From: Balanoglossus misakiensis | Lineage: Eukaryota > Animalia > Hemichordata | Length of the DNA: 64,000 bases | Assembly: GCA_040954595.2 (NCBI GenBank) | Contig: CM082587.2 | Coordinates: forward strand, 1,013,400 to 1,077,399 | Direction of reading: 5' to 3' | Shown here: positions 26,401-40,128 of the stretch, piece after piece | Layout: each line of letters starts with the position of its first letter | Position numbering within the stretch: position 1 is the stretch's first letter | The notes under the pieces: model-generated | Seen by the model: the letters and a program-made list of their open reading frames with translations, nothing else | Told to the model about the DNA's origin: nothing | Database searches by the model: none | Translations under genes and position numbers: made by a program

Positions 26401-29400
26401 GTACATGAATAACTGCTCGCTGTCTGAATTTTTATGCCAACATTTGATATGTTTGATGTTGTGTACAGCCAGTATAAACTATCATTAATATTTGTGCAAA
26501 AACATAAAGTTGACTTGATGTCATGAATTTAAACAAAAAACTGGGCAGTCCTTAGTAGTGTCTCGACTATAATCTTGTGGCACGTACACCACTGTTGGGA
26601 TAATAATTACACATCATCGATCTGGAGGCATGATATGCGCACTATTAAATAAGGGAGGAAAGGTCACACACACTCGCCAACCATCACACACAAATACTGG
26701 ATCAATATTTAGAAACACTCCAAGGTAATTCAGATCAATATAAACAATAGATACCGATGATGGCTGGGTTTTAAAGCCATGCATCCATTATTTTCTACAA
26801 TGGCAATGTCATTTAAACAATACAGATATCCGATAACTGATCCAGTAATTTCATGTACATTGTTATATACAATATAAATTATTGGAAGAAGTGAAATGTC
26901 CCCTAGGAATTTTCTAATCATGCCATGTGCATGTGTATGATTTAAGCATTTATTTAACTTACCTGTTGCGTTTACGTCTATGATATCTATGTCTTTATAT
27001 TTTCGAGTCGGGTTTTGTAACCCTTCAAATAAGCCTACATATCGTAGATTGCTGGATTTAATTCCTGCAAAAACAACCAGAAGTAAAGAAGGAAAATCAA
27101 AATGATGCTCATTCACACATTGCCAAGAAGTTCTCAATCTAAAAATGTAGATGCTGCCCCATGATGTCTTGACTACGTAATAAGGGTGCTGGAAAATTAC
27201 TGCACCTGGTTGGAGCGCTACCTCGAGCTTTTAAATCTTAATTTAAAATTTTAATTTTCTCTTACCAAGTTGTGCAGCTGCTTTCTTGAGGAGAATTTCT
27301 GCCGTTGTTGATTCTCCTGGAATTGAGACCTGGATGGGAAATACATCAAGAGAAACCACAACATGAATTTAAGATTCCACCTTATTTGTTAGTATTTATT
27401 TGTTTGTTTATTTCCAAACGTAGAGCAATGGCTTTTTTGTCAAGATTCTGATAGAGTTTATGGCTGTACGAGCTGGGATAGTGGTTGAACTGAAACGCTA
27501 CATCACAATGCAAAGTTCAAATCGGGGTTCCAACAAATTGCCTTCTCTTTGTTCAGTGGATAAATCAATCCTGAAAGGCAGACATTTCTAGCCTACAGTA
27601 ACCACTTCATAAAACTATTGTCATGTCTTAGGATTCACACAGGACATTCAGTCGCTAAGCATATGTGTTTGCATTTGAAAAGAACAACATTTTGTCACAT
27701 TCTGGTGTTTTGTTTAGCTGGAACATGTTACCTCAGGTTAACTGACATGCCCAGGCGATCTGGTTTGCAAACCAAAAGTTTCATGAAGGCGCGACATTGC
27801 ACATTTATACGATATCGGATATTTATCGTCTAGTATCGACACTAGAAAATATCGCTTATATCCTCCAGTATCGTCGAGTATCGTCTAATTTATTTCACTG
27901 GACCTGTGCCGACCATGGCATGTTCACCAAGAAAAATATCGTCTAGTATCGTCTAATTTGAAAGTTGTTGTTTAAGTACAGTCTACTTTAACGTTTTAGA
28001 CGATACTAGACTCTAGTATCGATAGTATCGATACTATCGGATATTTTTGAGGTCCGACATAGTCAGGAAGCAGGCAAAGTTGTTGTTAAAGTACAGTCTA
28101 ATTTAACGTTTTTAGACGATACTAGACTCTAGTATCGATAGTATCGATACTATCGGATATTTTTGAGGTCCGACATAGTCGGGAAGCAGGCAAAGTTGTT
28201 GTTAAAGCACAGTATCGTCTAATTTCTTTGACTATAGACACCCTTGTCGCCCATTACATGTAAACCATCATTGGACAAATGTCGTATGCTCACCAAGAAA
28301 AATATCCGATACTATCGATACTATCGATACTAGAGTCTAGTATCGTCTAATTTTTTTGACTAGACACCCTTGTCGCCCATTACATGTAAACCATCATTGG
28401 ACAAATGTCGTATGCTCACCAAGAAAAATATCCGATACTATCGATACTATCGATACTAGAGTCTAGTATCGTCTAATTTCTTTGACTAGACACCCTTGTC
28501 GCCCATTACATGTAAACCATCATTGGACAAATGTCGTGTGCTCACCAAGAAAAATATCCGATACTATCGATACTATCGATACTAGAGTCTAGTATCGTCT
28601 AATTTTTTTGACTAGACACCCTTGTCGCCCATTACATGTAAACCATCATTGGACAAATGTCGTATTCTCACCAAGAAAAATATCCGATACTATCGATACT
28701 AGAGTCTAGTATCGTCTAATTTCTTTGACTAGACACCCTTGTCGCCCATTACATGTAAACCATCATTGGACAAATGTCGTATGCTCACCAAGAAAAATAT
28801 CCGATACTATCGATACTATCGATACTAGAGTCTAGTATCGTCTAATTTTTTTGACTAGACACCCTTGTCGCCCATTACATGTAAACCATCAGTGGACACA
28901 TGTGGCAAAGTTGTTGTTAAAGTACAGTCTAGTTTAACGTTTTAGACAATACTAGACTCTAGTATCGATAGTATCGATACTATCGGATATTTTTGAGGTC
29001 CGACATAGTCGGGAGGCAGGCAAAGTTGTTGTTAAAGTACAGTCTAGTTTAACGTTTTAGACGATACTAGACTCTAGTATCGATAGTATCGATACTATCG
29101 GATATTTTTGAGGTCCGACATACTCGGGAAGCAGGCAAAGTTGTTGTTAAAGTAAAGTCTAGTTTAACGTTTTAGACGATACTAGACTCTAGTATCGATA
29201 GTATCGATACTATCGGATATTTTTGAGGTCTGACATAGTCGGGAAGCAGGCAAAGTTGTTGTTAAAGTAAAGTCTACTTTAACGTTTTAGACGATACTAG
29301 ACTCTAGTATCGATAGTATCGATACTATCGGATATTTTTGAGGTCTGACATAGTCGGGAAGCAGGCAAAGTTGTTGTTAAAGTACAGTCTAGTTTAACGT

Positions 29401-32400
29401 TTTAGACGATACTAGACTCTACTATCGATAGTATCGATACTATCGGATATTTTTGAGGTCCGACATAGTCGGGAAGCAGGCAAAGTTGTTGTTAAAGTAC
29501 AGTCTAGTTTAACGTTTCAGACGATACTAGACTCTAGTATCGATAGTATCGATACTATCGGATATTTTTGAGGTCCGACATAGTCGGGAAGCAGGCAAAG
29601 TGGTTGTTAAAGTAAAGTCTAGTTTAACGTTTTAGACGATACTAGACTCTAGTATCGATAGTATCGATACTATCGGATATTTTTGAGGTACGACATAGTC
29701 GGGAAGCAGGCAAAGTTGTTGTTAAAGTAAAGTCTAGTTTAACGTTTTAGACGATACTAGACTCTAGTATCGATAGTATCGATACTATCGGATATTTTTG
29801 AGGTCCGACTAAGGTCCGACATAGTCGGGAAGCAGGCAAAGTTGTTGTTAAAGTACAGTCTAGTTTAACGTTTTAGACGATACTAGACTCTAGTATCGAT
29901 AGTATCGATACTATCGGATATTTTTGAGGTCCGACTAAGGTCCGACATAGTCGGGAAGCAGGCAAAGTTGTTGTTAAAGTACAGTCTAGTTTAACGTTTT
30001 AGACGATACTAGACTCTAGTATCGATAGTATCGATACTATCGGATATTTTTGAGGTCTGACATAGTCGGGAAGCAGGCAAAGTTGTTGTTAAAGTACAGT
30101 CTAGTTTAACGTTTTAGACGATACTAGACTCTAGTATCGATAGTATCGATACTATCGGATATTTTTGAGGTCCGACATAGTCGGGAGGCAGGCAAAGTTG
30201 TTGTTAAAGTACAGTCTAGTTTAACGTTTTAGACGATACTAGACTCTAGTATCGATAGTATCGATACTATCGGATATTTTTGAGGTCTGACATAGTCGGG
30301 AAGCAGGCAAAGTTGTTGTTAAAGTACAGTCTAGTTTAACGTTTTAGACGATACTAGACTCTAGTATCGATAGTATCGATACTATCGGATATTTTTGAGG
30401 TCTGACATAGTCGGGAAGCAGGCAAAGTTGTTGTTAAAGTAGTCTAGTTTAACGTTTTAGACGATACTAGACTCTAGTATCGATAGTATCGATACTATCG
30501 GATATTTTTGAGGTCTGACATAGTCGGGAAGCAGGCAAAGTTGTTGTTAAAGTACAGTCTAATTTAACGTTTTTAGACGATACTAGACTCTAGTATCGAT
30601 AGTATCGATACTATCGGATATTTTTGAGGTCCGACTAAGGTCCGACATAGTCGGGAAGCAGGCAAAGTTGTTGTTAAAGTACAATCTAGTTTAACGTTTT
30701 AGACGATACTAGACTCTAGTATCGATAGTATCGATACTATCGGATATTTTTGAGGTCTGACATAGTCGGGAAGCAGGCAAAGTTGTTGTTAAAGTACAGT
30801 CTAGTTTAACGTTTTAGACGATACTAGACTCTAGTATCGATAGTATCGATACTATCGGATATTTTTGAGGTACGACTAAGGTCCGACATAGTCGGGAAGC
30901 AGGCAAAGTTGTTGTTAAAGTACAGTCTAGTTTAATGTTTTAGACGATACTAGACGATAAATATCCGATATCGTATAAATGTGCAATGTCGCGCTGTCCT
31001 CAAAAGTTTAATTCTAATTATTGTCAATTGTTTTACTCAAGAAACACAATCACTTGCATGTTTTCGGTTTGCTGTGCCAGTATCATGAAATTCACTATAC
31101 ACCTGCACAGAACAACGGATATGAACATACAAATGATTTTATGAATATTTTATGAATTCTTTTGTAAGAAATGGGATTACTGACACACTTACTACACTAT
31201 CACAAACTTGTTCAATTTCCTTTTATTAGAGATTCTGAAAACTGAACAAGATCAAATTCCTGGCCTATGTGAATCCAAAAACTGTGAACACACCAACTCG
31301 ACAGTTAATATCAATAACCCTTGGCCTTTTCAAGGCGCTTGTGACATTATAAGAATAATTTCTTGTCGGGGTCATGATTCTTCAGACCAAAGAATGTCAT
31401 GCATGCATGATTGGTTTGCCACTGAAAAATCTTCACTGTTATTCAACAACAATCCATTAACTTATACATATCAGTAATTATGAAACGCCCCTCGCATTTG
31501 TACATGTATGACATTGCACCGATAATACGTGACTACCTCCACACTGGAGTTAGATGGCCAACAGTAACATGCAGGTCAAGGTAAGCGAAATCTGACCTTT
31601 GAACCATCAGTAAGGCAAGAGACTTGGTACAATGTTTGCCATACATTAATAACTTGGGGAAACATGTACATATACTTGTTCAATTAAGCATTACTACTGA
31701 ACTTTTACAAATGTCAATTTTTACGATATCCATGACCCTTTAGTCTCCTAAAGTATGACGAAATGCCCAGTGCTTATAGCTTATCACCACAACATTTATG
31801 AATTCAGTCAGCAATGTTACATATAGCAAAATTATATACACACATGTACACTTGTACACATGTACATACATGTATGTATACACATACTCGTAATATACAT
31901 ACACTTTACTTCATAAGCTGTGCCTATATTCTGAATGGGTGTGTTTCAACATGCTTTTTGGAGTTTATATGGAATGAGGAAGTTAATATTCTGAACATAA
32001 AGTTTCTCCATAAATACCATTATCAAGATATTTATATCAGCTTCATTACAAATACTAAATGCATTGGCAGTCCACCATGGTCCATGTATGATTTCATGTG
32101 ATGTTTTCTTGATGGGACTGTCTGCACAATGTACTTCATCCAGTTTATCTACTAACTTAGATTATTTTTTTCTGACCTGCTGACCCTCCAATATATGTAC
32201 AAGGTTCAAACAGCAATGAAGGAGAAGATTTAATGCTCAATATCAACATGATCTCTGTCTCAGAACCAATAGAAGGCCATGTTTTATTTTTGATAGGAGA
32301 CATATCTACTTGACGCACTCCAACTAGCACTTGAAGTCTATTTTAGGGATCTGTTGATAAACAAGGTCACCCTGAAGAATTCCATCTGAACTGTGCAATG

Positions 32401-34621
32401 TTATGATCTGAATCTGAGAAATTCCTCCTCTGTTAGGGACCATCTCCACAGTTAGGGATCATCTCCAGAACTTCAATTTACTGGATCACTGCATCCTATG
32501 CATGGTACCAGCTTTCAAAGTCTAGGAGATGATCAACAAATGTGCAGAATACACGAAACTGATTGTGCTTGCCCTTACGTTAAATACCAAGATGTCACAA
32601 GTCTCTGTCCATGTTTGCACCAAGCATGTAGAGCTGTATCTGTGCTGCAACCATGTCTACATACTTGCATACAAACATGAAATGAAACTGTTGCACCCTT
32701 GAACGAAGGTGACCCCCAAACCCTCAAATTCACTTCCCATATGGCTGTGATTTGGCTCAGGAAGGCCAAAGGAGATGCCCTTTATGCATACAGCTCTTTC
32801 TTGTTATGCAGCAACCTTCCTTGACAAGTTGGTGCACACATACATGCAGTAACTTTCCTCACTACAATAGTGTGGACAATATAATTTGACAACTACCATC
32901 GGAAAGAGCCATTAAAAAACTTAACTGAATAACATTCATTCTAGCACTGACTATAAAATAACTGTCCTTAAAAATTCTGTCTTTTACTTCTGCATTACAG
33001 AAAAGTCTACCTTGGTAACTGAGGATGTTGGGTATGGGTCACACAATAATGGAGGATAAACCTGGCCATAAAATCGGGCGGTGATGGGATGTGTACGCAG
33101 CAGAAGAAATGCTTAGAAACAGTGGATGTACAGGTAACAACAATGCATATATATATATACACATTGACACCTGTGCAAAGGTACCGTTTATTCCAACTAA
33201 TCACTTAGATCAAAGTCTTTGTGGAGTGACCCTACTTGGACTTCCTCCCATAACCTTGTTATCTAACATACAGCAAAATGATCCATGTACAATGTATTGG
33301 GTGTCAAAAGTCAACCTACTTAGCATATTGTCTGTCAACTATTCTTCTTAATATTTTACTTTGAATGAAACACACAGAGTATATAAATACTTGTAGAACG
33401 TGACCCAGCCCGATCTATGGCCCATTTGTCTGTCAATCAGAGGATATGTATTTAACAATGGAACAATTCACCTTATTGTTTTAAGGGGGAATTAGGGGCT
33501 TGTTATTAATAACAGTTTTCTGTTTGATACAGGCCCATATCACTGTTTTTGATCATTTATTATATCTTAATAATCATCAGAGTCACAATAAAGAAAGGAC
33601 AGGTCACAAGGACAATAGTTTGATATAGTTTTAATACTCTAAGATACAATAACATAATTACCAGAAATTTTCTGGACCATACAGAAAAAAGCCAATAGAT
33701 TTTGGAGGGTCATTGTGTTTCATTTTATTTTATGACAAGTGTTATTAAGCTGTGTCAACTGATATTATCAGTCAATTTGTCCCTGTAGAATGTTCTTGAT
33801 GAGAAAGGAAGTAAATATTAAATCAATAATTTAATATTTAATTTGATTGACACTACGATGGTATGGACCAATTAAATTATTTGCAATCCGGAACTAAAAC
33901 TCAATCTGTCCCGAACCATTATGCCGGTAACAGGCTTGCAAATTGGCTTTCATTATTATACAAAAGCCTTTTATCGGGAAATGGGACGCGATGCTAACAT
34001 CGACACGTTCAGTGACGCTGCTTGTCGTGCAGGATTTTAACGACAATGTTTGACGCAAATACAGACCGAGTCATGACCCGGCTTCTGTGACGTCATGAAC
34101 ATTGTGGACTTTGCGATGCCAATGCATGCAGCGACAGAATGCAGCAATGGTCCCCCGATCGCGGGTAACAGTGCACACGCACGTACGGGGCGGTTGTTTT
34201 CATTACGGTTGTCATGTCACGAATTCTGCATACTCGCTAATCGACAGAAGACGCCGAAGCAGGTGTAAATATATTCAGTCAATTGTGTCGTCTGTCGCCA
34301 CATAATCGGCATTGTTTTGAAATTGAGGCGAAACACAAGACCCAATTTGCATAACAATGTATCTTAAAAGTTTCGATTGCTTCCCTAGCTTGCCTGTAGA
34401 TAGCTGAGTGTAGATAACACAACAAACGGGACATCGGTGACGTTTCGCCCTCGTACAAGAGATCGGCAAAATAGTCGGCGAAAATTTTCGATCTGAACAA
34501 TCCAGGTATATTGAGGAACACATCGCCAGAAATCGGAATGTTGACGATCACTTACCTTGACGTACGGCGTATCTTCGTCCAAAGTCGCCACCGACAACTT
34601 TGTATGCATCTCTGTCTCCAT
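23409..34621 (-). CDS. Stand-alone SNX17/SNX27-type FERM-like domain protein, 304 aa, 9 exons (34621-34556, 27329-27266, 27064-26963, 26110-25994, 25813-25772, 25575-25448, 25314-25214, 23869-23728, 23561-23409)
   Basis: Nine GT-AG-bounded exons sum to 915 nt in one open frame. F1-like (AAAQLGIKSSNLRYVGLFE, LSIQKWCFD), F2-like (ALKLLFTQAKADIKNDKLKP, QYIHLCQSLEDY) and F3-like (FVSWRKVKSWT, LHIKTSQAQYLLAVTLEMIRIL) segments resemble the sorting nexin 17/27 FERM module. Confidence 0.75.
24667..24752. mobile_element. 86-bp piggyBac-type MITE in intron 7 of the FERM gene
   Basis: TTAA on both sides (24663-24666, 24753-24756); 14-bp TIR CCCTTTCACCCCCA / TGGTGGTGAAAGGG with one mismatch; CCC...GGG termini. 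Confidence 0.85.
28213..28900. repeat. 126-bp tandem array (unit B) of the foldback-like element, about 5.5 copies
   Basis: gactagacacccttgtcgcccattacatgtaaacc... recurs at 28358, 28484, 28610, 28727 and 28853, with a variant at 28230; one copy lacks a 9-mer. Confidence 0.95.
28906..30950. repeat. 115-bp tandem array (unit A) of the foldback-like element, about 17-18 copies (two more at about 27960-28210)
   Basis: caaagttgttgttaaagtacagtctagtttaacgttttagacgatactagactctagtatcgatagtatcgatactatcggatatttttgaggtccgacatagtcgggaagcagg at 29021, 29136, 29251, 29366, 29481 etc.; some copies carry a 10-bp ccgactaagg duplication. Confidence 0.97.
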
Positions 34622-35051
34622 ATTTGCCGGGGGTCAGAGTTAAAAGGTTGCCACACTAATTTAAATTTTAGTTCACAGGAATGTAACTTGAGGTCGCTTA
34701 CATAACCACGTTCATAAGAGGTATTCGAAAATTCATTTTAAGAAGTAAATAGAAAATAAAAGGCTAATTTGTCAAGTTGACTCTAATCTCATGTCTATAC
34801 AACTCTTTCGTAAAACTTTGTTGGTTCGTTCATGTCGTTCCGCTTGTCTAAGTTGTGAAACTTAAATTTTAATCTGTGTGGCGAACTGCCGGTATGTCTG
34901 CTTTCGGACGATGAGGGCGATCTCATAAAACAGTATGGCGGCAGGCTTGGAAGAAAGATACGACACGATCGCGACGGGTGATGAAGTTTTTCATACATTT
35001 CGCCACTATTAGCCGGGTTATGAATCTGCTTGCGTAGGTCGTCCATAAAAC
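34622..35051. promoter_or_regulatory. Putative bidirectional promoter between the FERM gene and XPR1
   Basis: Head-to-head start codons only 430 bp apart in a CpG-richer segment. Confidence 0.6.
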
Positions 35052-38000
35052 ATGAAGTTCGCAGAACATTTATCTGCTCATATAACGCCAGAATGGCGCA
35101 AACAGTATATAGCATACGAGGTAAGTTGCTTGTGTTGTACATTTCATTTGATTTTCGCTTCGACTTCAATGTGAAACCAGCTGACTGGGTTATTGTGGAA
35201 AATTGTGCTTGAAAACCCTTGTTTGTTGATTTGTTTATTCGTTTATCGTTACTTTATCGACAGACTATGAAGACTCTGCTGTATGACGTTATTGAAAGCG
35301 CTCCGTCCATAGAAGGTAAGTTTCACAGAATATTGTATTGTCTGTGGTTTTGGTTCATTGGCCATTGTATGCAAATAAACAGTTCTATATTAGTTAATAC
35401 ATTGGATGATTTGTCCTTCACAGTAAGTGGTGAAACAATGGTACAGAGACATTTTGCCAGATTTGAGGAGACCTTCTTCAAGTTCTGTGACAAGGAGCTA
35501 GCCAAAATAAACACCTTCTTCTCAGGTATGTTCTACCCATCAACTAGTTAGTATGTACATTTCTCACATTTTGCAATATCAAAAATTTGTGTGTTTTAGC
35601 AGATAATTGTGAGACGCTATTTTTTTTTTTTACATTTCAGAAAAGTTAGCAGAGGCAACTCGTAAGTTTGCAAATCTTCAAGATGAGTTGCGGCAGTCTG
35701 GATCACATGAAACCAGACACAACTTAGCAAGCATTATCAGAAACAGAAAAAACTCTATATTTGTACTGCCCGAGATCAACGACCAGACAACAAAACTAGT
35801 CAAGTCACACACCAGAAAAATCAACGATCTCAAACTGGCCTTCAGTGAATTCTACCTCAGTTTAGTTTTACTACAGAATTATCAGGTAAGCACTTCTTGA
35901 AAATATTCTAACATTTCAAAGATATTGGATTATTTTCTCAACTTGTGAGGCTTGATTGCAAAGTGCACATTTTATCAACAATTGATGATTACACTTTCCC
36001 CTTTTTTCTCAGAACCTGAATTTTACAGGATTCAGGAAAATTCTCAAGAAACATGACAAGCTTTTGGAGACAGAGAGAGGTGTTGAGTTTAGAAAAGTTA
36101 AGGTGGAACCAGCACCATTCTATACCAGTAAACAAATTGATAACCTTATCCAAGAAACAGAGGTAAGAATGTATACTGTCTGGCTAAAACACTCCTAAGG
36201 TGGAAAGACAGGACTTTTGCCTGCATAATGATATCTTTCACATCAACAGTTGGGGCACTATGTATGGGTGTTTCCTTTGCTTCAATGTGTCAGTGCTAGC
36301 TTTCAAATATCCCATCAAGGACGATCGTCTGATCTTACACTCATCACTTGTACCTCCAGATAACAAATGCCTATGATCAAAGATTTATATGCATTGTGCC
36401 TTCTTGGCTGACATCAGCTGTCCTCTGTATAATTGATGAGGGGTCTAAACAGAATTGAAGTTGTCTACCAGACTAAAATCACTGACTTAAATATAAGATA
36501 ATTATGATAAATTGAAGTTGGTAGACCAGGTTGCTGTTAAACAGTGTGGGAAAAATCTGACTGTGTTTTCGTCAGTGATTGGCAGGTGATATGTTACTAT
36601 CAGGTGACCTCTGACCCCATATAATGACCCCTCATGAGAGAATGATGCCATGCAAAGATTGTATGGTGATGCTAGCCTCTTTGTTTTGTAGTTCGCAAAT
36701 CAAAATATTTTTAAATGGCAAATGTTTCACACAGCCAGCCAAAAGCATTTACTAGTAATGAATAAATTGGCAGAAGAATTTTCATAGCTGGATGAAATTA
36801 CTGTTTCTATGCATGGTTGACTGTCCACGTTGTTAACATGATAGTGTAACCGGGTATGGTGTGACGCGGTAGGCAGGGATCAGAAAATCCATTTCAGACC
36901 CACAACTGGGCTAGGAGTGAACAGGTCACAAGCTGAACTTCAGGTCATTGTCATTCTCAAAGCCATAAAGGCTTAAAAACTACTGCTGGTTCAAGAGTTT
37001 GGGCGAGCAGAGTTGTTAGCCTGATAAATTATGGTTTTAATGAGGACATAAATAGTTAGGCTAAAGTATTGCATTCATCTGATTGCAGCAGAGTTTATCA
37101 TGACTGACCTCATTCACCAGTGGAGGTCCTTGTTCAGAATAAACACAGCTTTGTTGGCACTCATCGAAGGATTTTGATATTTGGCGATATCAAAATTTCC
37201 ATGCTATTTGAACTTCCCTTATTACTGATGTACACATTAGTAAAAAATGCTGAAAATGTTGGGAAAAGGGGTATCACTTTAGTTTGTTTATGTAATAAAC
37301 ATGATAATGTTATGTCTTACAAGGATCCAACCCAATTTGAGGGATTCATTTTCTGAAAGTTTATACAGCGTGGAACATATTGATATTCCTTGGGGACAAT
37401 TATCACTGCCAGGGATGGGTGTGAAAACTGTACAAATCTCACTCTATAGCAGGGTCCGTTTAATAATACTCTACAAGATTGTTTGCCGTACAGAATGATC
37501 AAATTAACATGGCTGCATATCTTGTGAATTGTCTCAATTTTCTTTGATGTTTATTCTCCCACTAGCAACTGTACATATGTGATCTGGAGGGTGGAAATCG
37601 ACAGAAGGCGATGCGAAAACTTCGAGTGCCTCCGCTCGGTGCAAGGGTAAGTATGACACATGCACTTAATTTTGACGTGTATTCTGAATTTAATGGAGTA
37701 TTAAGAAGTATTAAGAGTGTATTTCAAATAAATAACAGAGTTTGTTCGATTTTGTTTTGCAGCATAATCCATGGACTACTTTCAGGGTGGGATTCTTCTC
37801 AGGGATATTCATTGTCTTAATAGGAACAATAATTCTGGCAGGTAAGTCAGAATCTTGGAAGCATCCCATTTCCCTGCACCCTTACTGTGACATCCAACCT
37901 TTATAAAAATGCTGCAGACATAATTTGTAATTTTATAGTCCACTACTAAGTTCTCTATGTTTGTTGTTTACTCAGGGATATTTACATTGCAACCTGCTGA

Positions 38001-40128
38001 TTGGAGGCCTGCCGTTCGGATGTACAGAGGAATGTTCTTAGTCATATTTGCTGTATTTCTATTGGGTATCAACACGTACGGTTGGAGGAAAGCTGGTGTC
38101 AATCATGTGCTTATATTTGAATTGGATCCGAGGAATCATCTCAATTATGAACAATTATTAGAGGTAGTCACAGCCATTTGTCTCCATTGAATTTTTTGTA
38201 AGTGATGAAATATTACAGAGATATGCTTTCTAGACACATGTAATGCTAAGCCTTGTTAATTAAAAGTTTTTGCCTTTGTGTATTTTCAGGTGGCCACATT
38301 CTTTGGAGTGCTGTGGGCGATCAGTGCCTTGTGTTATCTGTTCAGTAACATGGTCCACATTCCCGCCTTCTCCAATCCACTTTCCTTGGTAGGATTAATG
38401 GTGATCTTCCTACTCAATCCTACCAGGACTCTCTACCACAAAGCCAGATTCTGGCTTCTCAGGGTGTTGGTGAGTACTGTCTCTACCCATAATGCATTTG
38501 TGTCATGTGATCCAGAGAATGTCATGTGACTCTGTTGAACCAATCAAACTAAGAATCTTTCATTTTGTATTTCAGGGTCGTATATTTCTAGCACCATTCT
38601 TCCCAGTAGGATTTGCTGATTTCTGGCTGGCTGATCAACTCAATAGTCTTGTCACTGTGCTCTTAGATTTCCAGTATTTTATTTGTTTCTATGCCTTCTC
38701 TGTTGACTGGCTCCATGGAAACAGTAAGTATCCAGTTCTCCTGTGAAGTGAGATTGTCCTTTTGAAGTCACATGACTGTTTTTACCCAATCACATCAGTC
38801 TCATAACGAGTGAAATGACAACATTGTTTGGATTCGTTTTCAGATGATGTGGAATGTTACAGTTATTCCTACGGCATCCGATCTGTGGTTGCTTCTCTGC
38901 CGGCGTGGTGGCGTTTTGCGCAGTGTCTGCGACGTTACCGAGACTCCAGACAAGCATTCCCTCATTTAGTCAACGCTGGCAAATATTCCACCACATTCTT
39001 TGTGGTTCTCTTCTCATCACTGGCTGCTGTGTATAGAGGTGAGATTTGCAGGATGAACATGAGGTTGAAATTTCAGAACACATCTCTGTAAAAATGCTGT
39101 TGTTTAAGTGTAATAGGTTCTTTAGGAAATGGCATCTTTACTCATCCTCGATTTTGACGTTTGTCACTAGGTGAGCACGCCCACGCCAAATACAACCCAT
39201 ATTTCTACGTATGGATCATCAGTGCTGTAATTAGTTCATGTTATGCTTTGGCTTGGGATATCAAGATGGACTGGGGCTTGCTGGACAAAAATGCCGGCGA
39301 AAACAAGTTACTGAGAGAAGAAATTGTCTACCCTTATAAGGTAAGCAATGGGATATTTCTTGAAGGAATAATCACTACATGTCCACATAGACATTTTCCT
39401 GATCATTGTACAAGATGGCTGATAGTTATAACCTCACACTGTGAGTCTCAATCAATCTACCACTGTTTCTATTTTTACAGGCCTACTACTACATTGCAAT
39501 ACTGGAAGACTTCATCCTGAGATTTGCCTGGACTCTGACTGTATCAGTGGGAGAGTTGGGCTACTTTGATAGTGACATCCTGGTTACAATATTAGCTCCA
39601 CTAGAAGTCTTCAGGTATATATAAAAACATTAATTATCAGATGGTATGACACAAGTCAAATTCTATAAGATCTGGCATAATATCTTATATTGCTCCTAAG
39701 TGCACATTATTCTTTAATTCTTCAGGAGGTTTATCTGGAACTTCTTCCGTCTTGAAAACGAACACCTGAATAACTGTGGTCAGTTCCGTGCCGTACGCGA
39801 TATTTCTGTCGCCCCGCTGAGCGAGGATGACGTCGCCCAGTTGGAAGCCATGATGGATGAAGAGGATGGTGTCATTAACAGGAAATTGGAGAAGGAGAGG
39901 AGGAAATATTTTCCATTCAGGTTTGTGTGTAGTGTGGGTAGTCGAATGTTATCTAGTGCAAGGAGTATATCAGTCATACCAGATGTTTCTACCAGTTCTG
40001 AATTAACATATATATTATATCAGGTAGATTTCAACAGATCTTTTTTAATCGCAAACAGGATTGGTGATGTACAGCAGGCATCGTCATGTGTGTGGGAAGA
40101 TGATGAAGAGGAAGACGAACGGATGTAG
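35052..40128 (+). CDS. XPR1: Xenotropic and polytropic retrovirus receptor 1 (SPX-EXS phosphate exporter), multi-exon
   Basis: [162 protein letters not shown]; exon 1 is 35052-35120 and the last exon ends TAG at 40128. Confidence 0.97.

Larger units (their letters stand above)
27782..31000. mobile_element. Non-autonomous foldback-like DNA transposon with internal tandem arrays, in intron 1 of the FERM gene
   Basis: About 50-bp inverted repeat gcgcgacattgcacatttatacgatatcggatatttatcgtctagtatcg (from 27789) and its reverse complement (to 30994); direct repeat caaaagttt at 27773-27781 and 31001-31009; no coding capacity. Confidence 0.8.

Noticed and set aside
27960-30950. CRISPR-like look of palindromic repeats
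   Set aside because: Spacers are identical rather than unique, there are no cas genes, and the context is a eukaryotic intron
31830-31900. TACA/CATG-rich stretch
   Set aside because: Low-complexity degenerate microsatellite; the overlapping ORF is spurious
32432-32470. Two TTAGGG-containing 19-bp direct repeats
   Set aside because: Only two copies, not a telomeric tract; simple local duplication
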